The notes beneath the pieces are model-generated. The model was not told where the DNA came from. It did not search any database and worked only from the letters and a program-made list of their open reading frames with translations. From contig CAXXQS010000001.1 in the NCBI GenBank assembly GCA_963674735.2, forward strand, positions 192,001-256,000: a DNA stretch of 64,000 nt. The letters are read 5' to 3'. This DNA is from Myxococcota bacterium (GTDB lineage Bacteria > Myxococcota_A > SURF-8). This document shows positions 47,512 to 57,310 of this stretch, in pieces. Made by a program: the position numbers and the translations under genes. Numbering within the stretch: position 1 is the first letter of the stretch; each line of letters begins with the position of its first letter.

Positions 47512-50211
47512 ATGCGTCGTTGGTGGATCGGTTTCATGATTCTGGCCCTTTTAGTCGGTCTTTCGGCCTGTGCGGGCGGATCGAACGATGATCCGGACGG
47601 CGACGCTCCTGCCGGGGATGGCGATAGCGACGATCCGGCCGATGGTGATGTTCCGGCCTGCTCCGGTTCCTGCGAGGATGCGGTTACGGATGCCTATTGT
47701 CTGGGGTCGAACCTGTGCGTTTGCCAAAACGACGAATGGACGGTCGTCAACTGTAGCGTTTACTGCCTCAACATGGGGCGGGATGTCATGGGTTGCGCTA
47801 TCGATGCGGCAAACGGCTTTGCCTGTATTTGCGGATCGGAAGCGGACGGCGATATTCCCGACGGTGATGAAGATTCCGCTGGCGATCAGGACAGCGATAG
47901 TGACGAAACGGATGGCGACGAAGAAAAGACCGAATATGGCGAATACGATGAGCCGAGCCTGTTTGCGTATCCCGATGACGCTTTCGATGAATTGTGCGGT
48001 GAAAACGACCCGGTTTACGGCGATGAAATCGAACTGGCCTACGAGGATGGAAATGTTGCAGGAACGATGGCGGGCTCGTACGACTGGAACGACGAGGCGA
48101 TTCATTTCATTCCCGATCGACCGATGCGCATCAAGAAAGTGCGTATGCGTTTCAATGGAATGGGAACGGTGGCCGTGCGTCTGACGCGGGATATCGCACG
48201 TTCCAATCCTAATTTGGATTTACTGCTCGCGCCAGAGAAACAACACACGATTTCTCCCGACGAGATGGGTAAATGGGTCGAAATCGATTTCAGCGACGAC
48301 GATGTCGTGGTACATCCGCGCGATCATTTTTGGGTGGTTTATCGACATCTGGCGCCGCAGCCTCTCCTGCTGCTTGGGGACAAAACCGACACGTTCACCC
48401 ATAGCATGTTGCGGTCGGATGTGCTGATCGCTGAATGGCGCGCGGAAAACTCTGCGTTTGTTTGGGCGGGAGGTCCGAGCAATGTGGATTACATAGTTCG
48501 CGTGGTGGTGGAACCGTTTTGCGAAGCCGATACGCGATTCTTTACCGACATTTCCGCCGAAACCGCTGTTTTGGAGCCGACACGCGAAGATACTGGCTTG
48601 ACTATCGCGGATGTGAAAGAAAACCGGGTGTCGTTTGTCGATCTCAACCAGGATTTGTGGCCCGATTTCGTCTTGCATGAAACCGCCAACGGCGTGGATG
48701 ATCCCGACCGGGTGCGCGTTTTGCTCAACAACGGCGCAAACGCGTTTATCGACGACACGGCAGCCACCGGATTGAACGGTCACTACACGGTGTTGATGAG
48801 CTTCGGTGACATCAACAACGATGGTTATCTGGACGCCTACGGCGGCGTTTACACGCCGCAGGACAACCCTGAAGCTCTCGTCGATGGTGATGCGGACGAC
48901 GAGAGCGAAAGTGAAACGGATGGGGATGGAGAAGACGCGGAAACGGCCATGAATCTCTACAAGGCGCGCGATCTCATTCTCTTGAACGATGGCTCCGGTG
49001 CTTTTTCGCCGCTTCCCGATTCGGGTGTGGAGGAAACCGCGACGACTTCCGGAGCGGGTCTGGCTGATTACAATCACGACGGAAACCTCGATCTGTACGA
49101 GGGCAACTGGCTGGTTGAGTATCCCAAATCCGACGCCATGCTCGACTTGTTGTTCGAGGGAGCGGGGGATGGCACCTTTACCGAAGTCAGCGATGACATG
49201 GGTATCAGCTATATCCCGCAGCGTTTCGGTTTGGCCTGTTATGGGGTTACCTGGTGCGATTGGAACGACGACGGTTGGATGGATATTCTGGTCGCCAACT
49301 ATGGCTACGATCCGAATTTGTTGTGGAAAAACAACGCGGGTCAGGGCTTCAGCGATGTCGGAGTCGCCACCGGTTTGGCGCGTGACGGCGTCGGCGGGTC
49401 TGGAGGCAATACCTTCGGTATCGACTGCGGCGATTTCAACAACGATGGCTACCAGGATGTATTTCTGGCGGAAATCGCCCACCCGCGCTATCAACCGGAT
49501 TCCGATCCGTCGCGTTTGATGCGCAATTTGGGTTCCGAAGGCGACTACAACTTCGAGGATCTGACGCGCGATGTGGGGATCTACTACGATGAGGGCGAAA
49601 TCGACGCCAGTTGGGGCGATTTCGATAACGACGGCGATTTGGATCTGGTGGTGGCTTCGCTTTATACCTTGCATTTCGCACGTTTATACCGTCAGGAATG
49701 GGATGGTAGTTTCAGCGATATCAGCTATGAAGCGGGAATCAACGCGCACGATGCGGTGGGAACCAACTGGGCCGATATCGACCGCGACGGCGACTTGGAT
49801 CTGGCCGTGGCACGGCGCGGCACCGGGGCGCATCTGCACCTGTTCCGAAACGAAATCGGCAGTGAGAATCATTGGTTGCAGATCAGGTTGGAAGGCTGCG
49901 CCGGAACCGATAAAGCGGGCCGCGACGATTATGTCTGCTCGAACCGATCCGCTATCGGCGCGAAAATCACCGTCACGGCAGGCGATCTGGTGATGGTGCG
50001 CGAAGTGCGCGGTGGCAAGGGGCACTTCAACCAGCAACATCCATTCGTTCAGCACTTCGGGCTCGGCGAACACGAAACGATCGACTCCATTAAGGTTCGC
50101 TGGCCGAACGGCGACAGCACCACTTTTGATGGCCCGATCTCGGTGGATCAATTCCTGTATGGAATGGAACTGGGAGGTGATCTGGTTGTCGATCCACTGA
50201 TCGTCCCATAA
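47512..50211 (+). CDS. CRTAC1-like lipoprotein (FG-GAP repeats + ASPIC/UnbV domain)
   Basis: Lipobox LSA-C, about seven D(I/Y/F/W)xxDGxxD repeats and ENHWLQIRL..SNRSAIGA..HFGLG..VRWP. Confidence 0.9.
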   Translation: MRRWWIGFMILALLVGLSACAGGSNDDPDGDAPAGDGDSDDPADGDVPACSGSCEDAVTDAYCLGSNLCVCQNDEWTVVNCSVYCLNMGRDVMGCAIDAANGFACICGSEADGDIPDGDEDSAGDQDSDSDETDGDEEKTEYGEYDEPSLFAYPDDAFDELCGENDPVYGDEIELAYEDGNVAGTMAGSYDWNDEAIHFIPDRPMRIKKVRMRFNGMGTVAVRLTRDIARSNPNLDLLLAPEKQHTISPDEMGKWVEIDFSDDDVVVHPRDHFWVVYRHLAPQPLLLLGDKTDTFTHSMLRSDVLIAEWRAENSAFVWAGGPSNVDYIVRVVVEPFCEADTRFFTDISAETAVLEPTREDTGLTIADVKENRVSFVDLNQDLWPDFVLHETANGVDDPDRVRVLLNNGANAFIDDTAATGLNGHYTVLMSFGDINNDGYLDAYGGVYTPQDNPEALVDGDADDESESETDGDGEDAETAMNLYKARDLILLNDGSGAFSPLPDSGVEETATTSGAGLADYNHDGNLDLYEGNWLVEYPKSDAMLDLLFEGAGDGTFTEVSDDMGISYIPQRFGLACYGVTWCDWNDDGWMDILVANYGYDPNLLWKNNAGQGFSDVGVATGLARDGVGGSGGNTFGIDCGDFNNDGYQDVFLAEIAHPRYQPDSDPSRLMRNLGSEGDYNFEDLTRDVGIYYDEGEIDASWGDFDNDGDLDLVVASLYTLHFARLYRQEWDGSFSDISYEAGINAHDAVGTNWADIDRDGDLDLAVARRGTGAHLHLFRNEIGSENHWLQIRLEGCAGTDKAGRDDYVCSNRSAIGAKITVTAGDLVMVREVRGGKGHFNQQHPFVQHFGLGEHETIDSIKVRWPNGDSTTFDGPISVDQFLYGMELGGDLVVDPLIVP

Positions 50212-50237
50212 ACCGTATCGGCGGTAAAATGATGTAG

Positions 50238-50267
50238 CAACGGTCGCCTTGTGCGGCCGTTTTTATT
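50238..50267 (+). terminator. Intrinsic terminator
   Basis: AACGGTCGC-CTTGT-GCGGCCGTT followed by TTTATT. Confidence 0.65.
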
Positions 50268-50455
50268 AGGTGTATCCTACACGTCAGATCCCCATTTTCG
50301 CTACAAATCCAGCAAGTTCCAACGCGGTTCCAAGTCGGGAAATTTCTCGTTGACTGAAACTCGGCGTCGACGTGACTTTTACTTGCCAGTCAGGGAATAG
50401 AATCGTAAAATGGATGCATCCAAACAATGTGGGTCAAACAAAAGAGGACAGATTG

Positions 50456-50893
50456 ATGTCGAAGGCAAAAACCGGCGACACGGTTAAGGTGCATTATACC
50501 GGCCGTCTGTTGGACGGTACGGTGCTCGATAGCTCGCGTGAGGGGGAGCCGCTGAAGATCGTGTTGGGGCGCGGTGATTTGATCGGCGGGTTCGAGCAGG
50601 CGATCGTGGGGATGCAGGTCGGCGAAGAAAAAACCACTGCGCTGAAATCCACCGAGGCGTTCGGACTGCGCGACCCCGGGCGCATTGTCCATTTACAGCG
50701 GAATCAATTGCCTCTGGAGGCTCCCTGGCGGGTCGGACAATCGGTACGGATCCGTCACGATGGCGGTATCGCCACGGAGGCGGTGGTGGTGGAGGCGACC
50801 GAATTCGAGATCGTGCTCGACACCAACCACCCGCTGGCAGGTCGAGATTTGCTGTTTACCGTGCAACTACTCGATATTGTGAGCGAAATTTAG
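50456..50893 (+). CDS. FKBP-type peptidyl-prolyl isomerase (SlyD/FkpB-like, no His tail)
   Basis: VKVHYTGRLLDG..DSS, GFEQA and DTNHPLAG motifs. Confidence 0.9.
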   Translation: MSKAKTGDTVKVHYTGRLLDGTVLDSSREGEPLKIVLGRGDLIGGFEQAIVGMQVGEEKTTALKSTEAFGLRDPGRIVHLQRNQLPLEAPWRVGQSVRIRHDGGIATEAVVVEATEFEIVLDTNHPLAGRDLLFTVQLLDIVSEI

Positions 50894-51072
50894 TTTATGT
50901 TCGTCCCGGGTGCTTTTGAGAGGAAGTCGAAGTATTTCACCGACTTCCCGTTTCCTTCCAGACCGCTTTTATCCCGTAAAAGATGATTTTCGATGATGGT
51001 GAAACGATGGTTTCGAGTCGGAAATAGAGATGTTACTATTTAAGTAGATATTTATGCTTTGCACACGCACCC

Positions 51073-51103
51073 AAAAAAGCGCCCCCCATGGCGGAGGGCG
51101 CTT
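51073..51103 (-). terminator. Intrinsic terminator
   Basis: AAGCGCCC..GGGCGCTT stem with an A-run on the plus strand (U-tract on minus). Confidence 0.7.
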
Positions 51104-51129
51104 AGGTAATCAAACAATAGCACGAGGTC

Positions 51130-52608
51130 TTAGAACACGCCGACCTCGGCGATCTCACGCGGGGTGGCGATGGTGAAAGTGAAACTGTTGTCGCTGATGC
51201 CGTCTTCGGCGCTGTATTTGATCACGCGCACTTTGCAGTCCACCGCACCGGAGCCGGAGAAGTAGCGCGTTTTGATCGTGAACGGTCCGGCATCGGCATC
51301 GGTGCCGGTGAAGACTTCCGGTCCCGGTCCGACGCGGTCGTCCAGGTTCAGGTTGCCCCAGTCGCGGCTTTTGGCACCGTAATAACATTGGTCGCCATCG
51401 GTGTTCCAGACGTGCAGGTCGATGTCGATCTGCTTGCCTTCTTCCTTGTTCCAACTCAGGATCACCACTAACGGGTTTTCAGGGGGCTGGCATTCGTCGC
51501 CGTAGGTGACGAGCATGGAGCGGTCACCCTCGCCGTTGGTTTGGGACGTGGTGAGTTGAATCTTCATAAAGCCGCCGTAAATGTAAACCTCGATGAAGTC
51601 GCCTTTTCCGCCGGAAAGTTTTCCGTCGATGATGGGGACTTCGATGAAGTCGATCTTGGGCGGGAAGTTTTCGCAGGTCTGGCCCCCGGTTTGCACCATC
51701 ACATAAGCGGTTTTGGCGTCGCCCTCGTATTCACCGTAGACGCGCACGATGCTTCCGGCCGCGACGCTGGAGGGCAGGGCGTAGGAATCGTCGGCGGCCG
51801 CACTGGCGTCCAGCAACTCGGAACCCGTGTTATCGAGCACTTTGAACGCGCTCCAGCCGGTCGGCTCGGCGGGCGGGATGATTTCATTGGGATCGGGCGG
51901 CATGCACTCGGCATCCGCAGTTCCGGGATCGACGCAGAACGAGCCTTCTTCGCCCGAGGCGGCCACGCAGTCGTCATCGGAAGTACAAGTGGGCAGTTTG
52001 CAGGTATTGTCTTCACAGGTGCCCCCAGCGTCCGTGCAGGCGGTTTCGTCGCACGCGGGCGGATCGGGTGCTGGCGGATCGACCGGCTCCGTATCTTCCG
52101 AACTGCCATCATCATTGAGGGAATCCGGGTCGGGCGGATCGGCGCAGGTGATGACGAAGTCCAACGAGATATCGGTGCTACCCGACGTAACGTCCGGTTT
52201 GATCAGCGTATCGAGGTTCAAAGCTCCGGTTTCAGCGTCGAAACCCTGGAAATCGATCGTGCAGTTTTCCTTCCCGGCGGTCGCTAAAAACGCATCAGCG
52301 GTGACGCCTTCGATCAGAAAGCTGCCATCGCTTCCGGTGGTGGCGGTAGCCGATGTGTTGGTTGATGACGCAACCTTTTCGGGGATGATTTTCGCTTCAC
52401 CGGAAGTGGGGTCGCCGCCTTCCACAAAGTCGTTATTCTGGGACAGTTTGAACAGTTTGACCGTCGCTCCCTCGATACCCTCTCCTTTGTCGTTTTTCAC
52501 CATTCCCTTGATGTTGACGTCGAGCAGGTCCGTGACCTCGTCGCAAGCGAGCAAGAAAACCCCGAGCATGAGTATCCATACGATAAACGTTCCGGTTTTG
52601 GTGGCCAT
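51130..52608 (-). CDS. Lipoprotein with a carboxypeptidase-regulatory-like domain, Cys-rich module and YfaP/DUF2135-like C-terminal domain
   Basis: Lipobox LLA-C; GMVKNDKGEGIEGATV..TGSDGSF; LSWN..DIDLHV..LDDRVGPGPE. Confidence 0.75.
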   Translation of the reverse strand: MATKTGTFIVWILMLGVFLLACDEVTDLLDVNIKGMVKNDKGEGIEGATVKLFKLSQNNDFVEGGDPTSGEAKIIPEKVASSTNTSATATTGSDGSFLIEGVTADAFLATAGKENCTIDFQGFDAETGALNLDTLIKPDVTSGSTDISLDFVITCADPPDPDSLNDDGSSEDTEPVDPPAPDPPACDETACTDAGGTCEDNTCKLPTCTSDDDCVAASGEEGSFCVDPGTADAECMPPDPNEIIPPAEPTGWSAFKVLDNTGSELLDASAAADDSYALPSSVAAGSIVRVYGEYEGDAKTAYVMVQTGGQTCENFPPKIDFIEVPIIDGKLSGGKGDFIEVYIYGGFMKIQLTTSQTNGEGDRSMLVTYGDECQPPENPLVVILSWNKEEGKQIDIDLHVWNTDGDQCYYGAKSRDWGNLNLDDRVGPGPEVFTGTDADAGPFTIKTRYFSGSGAVDCKVRVIKYSAEDGISDNSFTFTIATPREIAEVGVF

Positions 52609-52701
52609 GTTTACCCCCTGATAAAGTTAATTGATCTGATTACCAAAGAGTAACCGGATTTGTGTGAAGGTCAAGTGCGAAATGACATCCTCGGCGAATT
52701 A

Positions 52702-54546
52702 TCATCTTTGTTCCTGACATGAAACCCGGATATGGGTCAACAGACCGTTTGCCTCGCCACGATTGACCGGATGCAGGTAAAGGCGCACGCCGGGGGAGGG
52801 GGGAACGATCGACCAAGCGATTTCATTGGAGTTCGGGCCCGTTGGTTCGGTTGGCAGAACTTCGCGATCGCTTGTGATGCGATAGTGGGTGTTGGCCTGT
52901 CGCTCGTAAAGAATGGGGGCGTCGTCACGCAGTAGCAAGCGCAGATCCCAATCCTGGGGATCGGGGTACATGCCGCTGTTACCGGTCGCTTCCTGAATCT
53001 GCGCGGATACGACGAGCGAATCGCAGCCGGTTGGAATGTCGAGGTACGTTTGTATGTATGCGGTTGCGAGTGGGTAGCTCAGATCGCCGTCTTCGATGGT
53101 CATGAAAACGTTCCACATGCGGTTGAGCGTGCCGCCGAAGGACAGCAGACAGTCGGGCAGGCTGCCGTCGTGGCCGGAAAGATCTTTGGCCGGGATGGCT
53201 TGGAAAAGGCCGCGTTGGGTAAAAAGGTCTTGAATATCCTGCTTGTACGCGCCGAGATCTTCGGCTTCCAGCGTATCGAGAAAAGCCTGCGCATACTCGG
53301 CGAAGCTTTGCGAGCTGGTCGGGTCGTATATTGCCTGCAGGGTGAGTAGGAAAAGTCTGGTGAATCCATATACATCAAGGTCGGCTTGTTGTTCGAGAAG
53401 CTGGTAGGCGTCGTAGTTTGCCGCCGCCACAACCAGTCCGTCGAACTGGTCGATCCCGCGATGGTTGTCGGGAAAGATCGTGTTTTCGGCTATGTCGCGG
53501 CAGAAACCGGGACCGGCGATCTGGTCGATGTATTCGAAGAGTCGGTGACGGCCGGAAATCAAAAAGGTGGCGGTTTCGGCTAGTCCCTGCTCCAGGGCGT
53601 TGCTTTGATTGGTCAGGCCGTAGTTGTCGATGCGGATATTGAATTCCAATCCGGCCAGGCGGCGATTGAGGAGATGGCCGAACTCGTGATAGATGGTTTC
53701 GCCGTCATAGGCGAAGTCGGCTTTAGCGCCTTGTCCGAGGAGGATGAATTCGCCTTGGTTGGAAGGAAGCCCCATCATTCGGTCCATGCCCATGCTCAGG
53801 TGTTCCGCGGGAATGTACATCGCTTGATGAATGGGGAGCAGTTTGTCGGGAGCGGAGTTATGGTAATTGACCACGACGTTGATGGGGGCCGTTCCGTCGA
53901 GATCGGCGTGGGCTCCGGGGACGCGGTCGAACACGCCCACCTGCGGGTTGGTCATGTGTCGATAAGCCTTGGAAAGATGGTAGTAGGCCATGACTTCCGG
54001 ATGAATGTCATCCGCGTCGTAGGTGCCTGCAAGGGCGGCGTCCCAGTCTTCGTAGATGAAACTGCCGTTTTGATACTTGTTGGCGCGTTGACGTAGGGTA
54101 CAGATCCGCTGCGTCGAATTGTCGAGGGCGAGCCCTGTTTCCCCTTCGTCCACACAAGTGGTCACGCGCCACTTGCGTATGCCGAGTGCGTCTTGCGCGG
54201 CGGTAAGTTCGCCGTTTAAGTCGTCCGCCACTTCGGGCAATGTGACCAATTCGAGGTCGGGAGTGGCGATCGGATTGATTGGGAAAACCCGTGCAAGGTC
54301 CGTGGGTGAAGACGTTTCGCCTTCGAAGTCCTCGCGGTCTCTCTCGGCGGGGGTGTCGAAATCGCCATCGACGAAGGAGTCCGTATCCGTCTCCGGTGCA
54401 TCGGCTGGGTCTGAATCGGAGCTGTCCGATGTCTCCAGGCTGTCGATGTCACCATCCGTGTGATTGGGCCCTTCGTCCGATCCGTTACAGGATGTGAGAC
54501 AGAGAAAAGAAAGTAGCAACCATCCGAACAGGATCGCGATGCGCAT
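52702..54546 (-). CDS. Gluzincin metalloprotease lipoprotein (M4/M36-like)
   Basis: Lipobox LTS-C, EVMAYYH, DFAYDGETIYHEFGH and downstream ALEQGLAE. Confidence 0.7.
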   Translation of the reverse strand: MRIAILFGWLLLSFLCLTSCNGSDEGPNHTDGDIDSLETSDSSDSDPADAPETDTDSFVDGDFDTPAERDREDFEGETSSPTDLARVFPINPIATPDLELVTLPEVADDLNGELTAAQDALGIRKWRVTTCVDEGETGLALDNSTQRICTLRQRANKYQNGSFIYEDWDAALAGTYDADDIHPEVMAYYHLSKAYRHMTNPQVGVFDRVPGAHADLDGTAPINVVVNYHNSAPDKLLPIHQAMYIPAEHLSMGMDRMMGLPSNQGEFILLGQGAKADFAYDGETIYHEFGHLLNRRLAGLEFNIRIDNYGLTNQSNALEQGLAETATFLISGRHRLFEYIDQIAGPGFCRDIAENTIFPDNHRGIDQFDGLVVAAANYDAYQLLEQQADLDVYGFTRLFLLTLQAIYDPTSSQSFAEYAQAFLDTLEAEDLGAYKQDIQDLFTQRGLFQAIPAKDLSGHDGSLPDCLLSFGGTLNRMWNVFMTIEDGDLSYPLATAYIQTYLDIPTGCDSLVVSAQIQEATGNSGMYPDPQDWDLRLLLRDDAPILYERQANTHYRITSDREVLPTEPTGPNSNEIAWSIVPPSPGVRLYLHPVNRGEANGLLTHIRVSCQEQR

Positions 54547-54711
54547 CGTACCTCCTTATTGATCATGGAGCGTGTGTACTGTCACACGAATTTACAATGG
54601 AGGGGATGCGATCGAAAGGGACAATCGGCGAATAAAGATTATTTCTTCTCTGTGTAAAGCACAAATTGCGAAAACAGACTTAAATTCAATGAGATAGCCA
54701 AGCTCCCCCGG

Positions 54712-55923
54712 CTATGGCGCCACCTCGATGGCCAGGTCGTCGAGACGCAGTTCGAAATCGCCTTCGTTCCATTTGATGATGTGGAGGGTCACCTCGAAAT
54801 TCGAGGCATTCAGATCTTCCGGAATGGTGAAATCGCGAATGATCGTCTCCCACTGACCGTCGGCAGTGATTTCGTTGAAGTCCCAGTATTCCGTCAAGTA
54901 GTAACCCGCCGAGGAATCGCGCAGCATCAAGGAGAACTCGATATCACAATAGTCCAGTTCCGCCGGGCAGTTGAGCGGGCTGATACTCGTTTGGCCGCTG
55001 AAACGGAAACGCTGACCGTTTTTAAGCTTGGATGGGCTGACTTGTTGAGTGATCCAAAATTCTCGACCGTCCATTTCGGCGGGCAGAGCGAAACGGACGC
55101 AGTGCGTTCCTTCCGCGCAGTTCTGATTTTCGAGTGTGATCAGCGAGTCATCGTAACCGATCGCGCTCCAGGATGCGGCGAAATCCTGACTATTATTGAG
55201 AGTTTCGAAGCTTCCGTTGACGAGTACGTTCAGGTTCAGCGTGGTGGCCGAGACGATGTTACTGCCGCCCAGAAGACCGAATTCATCCATGACATAAACA
55301 CGGTAGAAGTAGTCGGTAAGCGGGTCCAGATCGTTGTCCACGAAATCGGTGGAATCGATTTCGGTCGAGACGTGGGCCAGGGTGCCGGTGTTTTCGTCCA
55401 GACCGGATGTTGTGTGGCGGTAGAGTTTATATTCACGGAATCCGGGATCTTCGGAAGCCGTCCAGGAAAGTGCAATTGAGGAATCGCTGATGTCGAGTGG
55501 TTTGTCCAGTTCCACGGCTTTCGGAAGAGTCAAGTCATTCATACGCAAATCGGCGTTGACTTGGATGACGAAGGAGCGTTCGGAGAACAGGTCGTCTTCC
55601 AGGGTTTTATGAATAACGACGGCGTGTTCACCCGCACTTACATCGAGGATTTCGAAATGGCCGTCCGAATCTGTTTGCGCTTGTAGATTGTAAGCGTTAT
55701 CGAGTTGGACGGTGGCGTTTTCCACGGTTTGACCCTGGTATTGCACGACGCCACTGACGGAGAATAGAGTCGTCGAGGTCGTGTCATTTTCCGATGAGTC
55801 GGGACTTTCGATCGTATCGATATCGCCATCTTCAGATGGGGAGTGGGAGAGGCGGTCCTGGCAGGCGACGCATACGACCAGAACGATCCCCAGTAGGCCG
55901 ATCATCAGTTGTGACGTGTTCAT
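54712..55923 (-). CDS. Lipoprotein with carboxypeptidase-regulatory-like, FN3 and CBM4/9-like domains
   Basis: Lipobox CVA-C; SIALSW..YKLYR..LDPLTDYFYRV (FN3); NGSFE...LDDL (CBM-like). Confidence 0.75.
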   Translation of the reverse strand: MNTSQLMIGLLGIVLVVCVACQDRLSHSPSEDGDIDTIESPDSSENDTTSTTLFSVSGVVQYQGQTVENATVQLDNAYNLQAQTDSDGHFEILDVSAGEHAVVIHKTLEDDLFSERSFVIQVNADLRMNDLTLPKAVELDKPLDISDSSIALSWTASEDPGFREYKLYRHTTSGLDENTGTLAHVSTEIDSTDFVDNDLDPLTDYFYRVYVMDEFGLLGGSNIVSATTLNLNVLVNGSFETLNNSQDFAASWSAIGYDDSLITLENQNCAEGTHCVRFALPAEMDGREFWITQQVSPSKLKNGQRFRFSGQTSISPLNCPAELDYCDIEFSLMLRDSSAGYYLTEYWDFNEITADGQWETIIRDFTIPEDLNASNFEVTLHIIKWNEGDFELRLDDLAIEVAP

Positions 55924-55997
55924 CGCTAACCTCCAACTGTAATTACAGCTCAATAGTTACATATAGCATGTTGCGGTGAAGAGTTGAAGGCGAAATG

Positions 55998-56036
55998 AAA
56001 AAAAATGAAAAACGGGACTGCCCGAAAGCAGTCCCG
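55998..56036 (-). terminator. Intrinsic terminator
   Basis: CGGGACTGC..GCAGTCCCG stem preceded by A-runs on the plus strand. Confidence 0.75.
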
Positions 56037-56059
56037 CATCAAGATCGAGAGTGGCGCGA

Positions 56060-57310
56060 TTACAGGTTGTTGATGTTATCGCAGATAGTTTTGGCCGTTT
56101 CCGGGTCGCCTGAGTAGAAGGCGTCGGAGGCGGCATCCAGTGCTTCGGACACCAAACTGTCGGGTTGACCGTCGCGGTCGGTGTCTACGTAACTGTTCAG
56201 GAAAAGCTCGCCGTATTCGATGTTGAGCCGCGTCGCCATGCATTGCTGTTGAGCGCGCTGCTTCATCTTGGCCTTTTTCAGCCATAGAATGGCATGCAGA
56301 TCTTCCAGACTATTCGCTACGGCACCAAAGCTTTCCAATGGCAACCAGCTGGTAAGCGTGCTCGCGGGGACGTGTACTTTTCCTTTACCGCTAAGGTTGC
56401 TTTTGGTCTGATGCTTCCAAAAGCCGATGGTGCGGGGATCGCCATAGCCCACCGGTTCGTCTTTGAAGGTTTCCGAAGCCGACAATTCGCAGCCCGTTCC
56501 GACGTCGTAAGCCACGAGATCTTGTGCACCGTCGATGAGGATGCGCAGCAGCGGAAATCCATCCGAGAAAGCGGAGACGGTCAGTTCATCCGAGTCCGAG
56601 ACGCCGGGAAGAGTCAGGGTAGGGGCGGCATTCAGATCGATCAAAGCGACAATCTGACCCGCATCATCCGTGACTCCCTGGGCATCGCTGGGAGAGATGA
56701 AGACGCCTTGGCTCGTTTGAAGCATCACTTCCTGTCCGGCAACCGGGTTTCCGTCTTGAGTGAGGGTGATCACGGCTTGGGCTGTACTGGCATCGAGGAG
56801 GGTGATTTCGATGTCGAAAGCGCCTTGTGCTCCGCACATCAGAGGACACTGACCCAGCGATTCGAGGGCCAAAGCAGTGGCAAATTCGTCGATTGCCGCA
56901 TTATCGGAGGTCGTCTCAAGATTGGGGGCATACAGCAGTTTCCAGATCGCCAACTGAATCGCCGAGCCCGAGTCGTCGTCCAGAGCTTGATTGTACTTCA
57001 GCAGGTGAGCGATCTCACACCAGGGCGAGGTCGCTTCGGCGAAAAAGATATCGGCTGTATAAAGCGTATCGCCCTCGATCGGGGTATACAGATCTGCGCA
57101 GTAGCCATGGCCGAAGATTCCGTTAATAAGCAGCTCGAATTCCGCCGTAAAGCGATGGCCTACGAAATCGCCGTCCTGGAAGATCGCCGACCGCCCATGG
57201 GTGGACAAGCCGGTCGCCTGGGCCGTCCCTTCTTCGGCTTGTGCCGATTGGCCAAGCAGACCGAAGCCAAGGATCGCCGCCATAGTCAGATAAGCCATAT
57301 AGCGTTTCAT
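56060..57310 (-). CDS. Secreted thioester-domain (TED/TQXA-like) protein with an Ig-like (Big_1) domain
   Basis: Signal peptide AQA-E, GYCADL and IQLAIW motifs, DGNPVAGQEV..VTDDAGQ, and C-terminal TIGFWK. Confidence 0.7.
   Translation of the reverse strand: MKRYMAYLTMAAILGFGLLGQSAQAEEGTAQATGLSTHGRSAIFQDGDFVGHRFTAEFELLINGIFGHGYCADLYTPIEGDTLYTADIFFAEATSPWCEIAHLLKYNQALDDDSGSAIQLAIWKLLYAPNLETTSDNAAIDEFATALALESLGQCPLMCGAQGAFDIEITLLDASTAQAVITLTQDGNPVAGQEVMLQTSQGVFISPSDAQGVTDDAGQIVALIDLNAAPTLTLPGVSDSDELTVSAFSDGFPLLRILIDGAQDLVAYDVGTGCELSASETFKDEPVGYGDPRTIGFWKHQTKSNLSGKGKVHVPASTLTSWLPLESFGAVANSLEDLHAILWLKKAKMKQRAQQQCMATRLNIEYGELFLNSYVDTDRDGQPDSLVSEALDAASDAFYSGDPETAKTICDNINNL

Noticed and set aside
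19943-49674. Long antisense ORFs (e.g. 19943-21190, 24252-25565, 48220-49674)
   Set aside because: These are expected shadows of GC-rich codon usage opposite clear genes, with no independent motifs.
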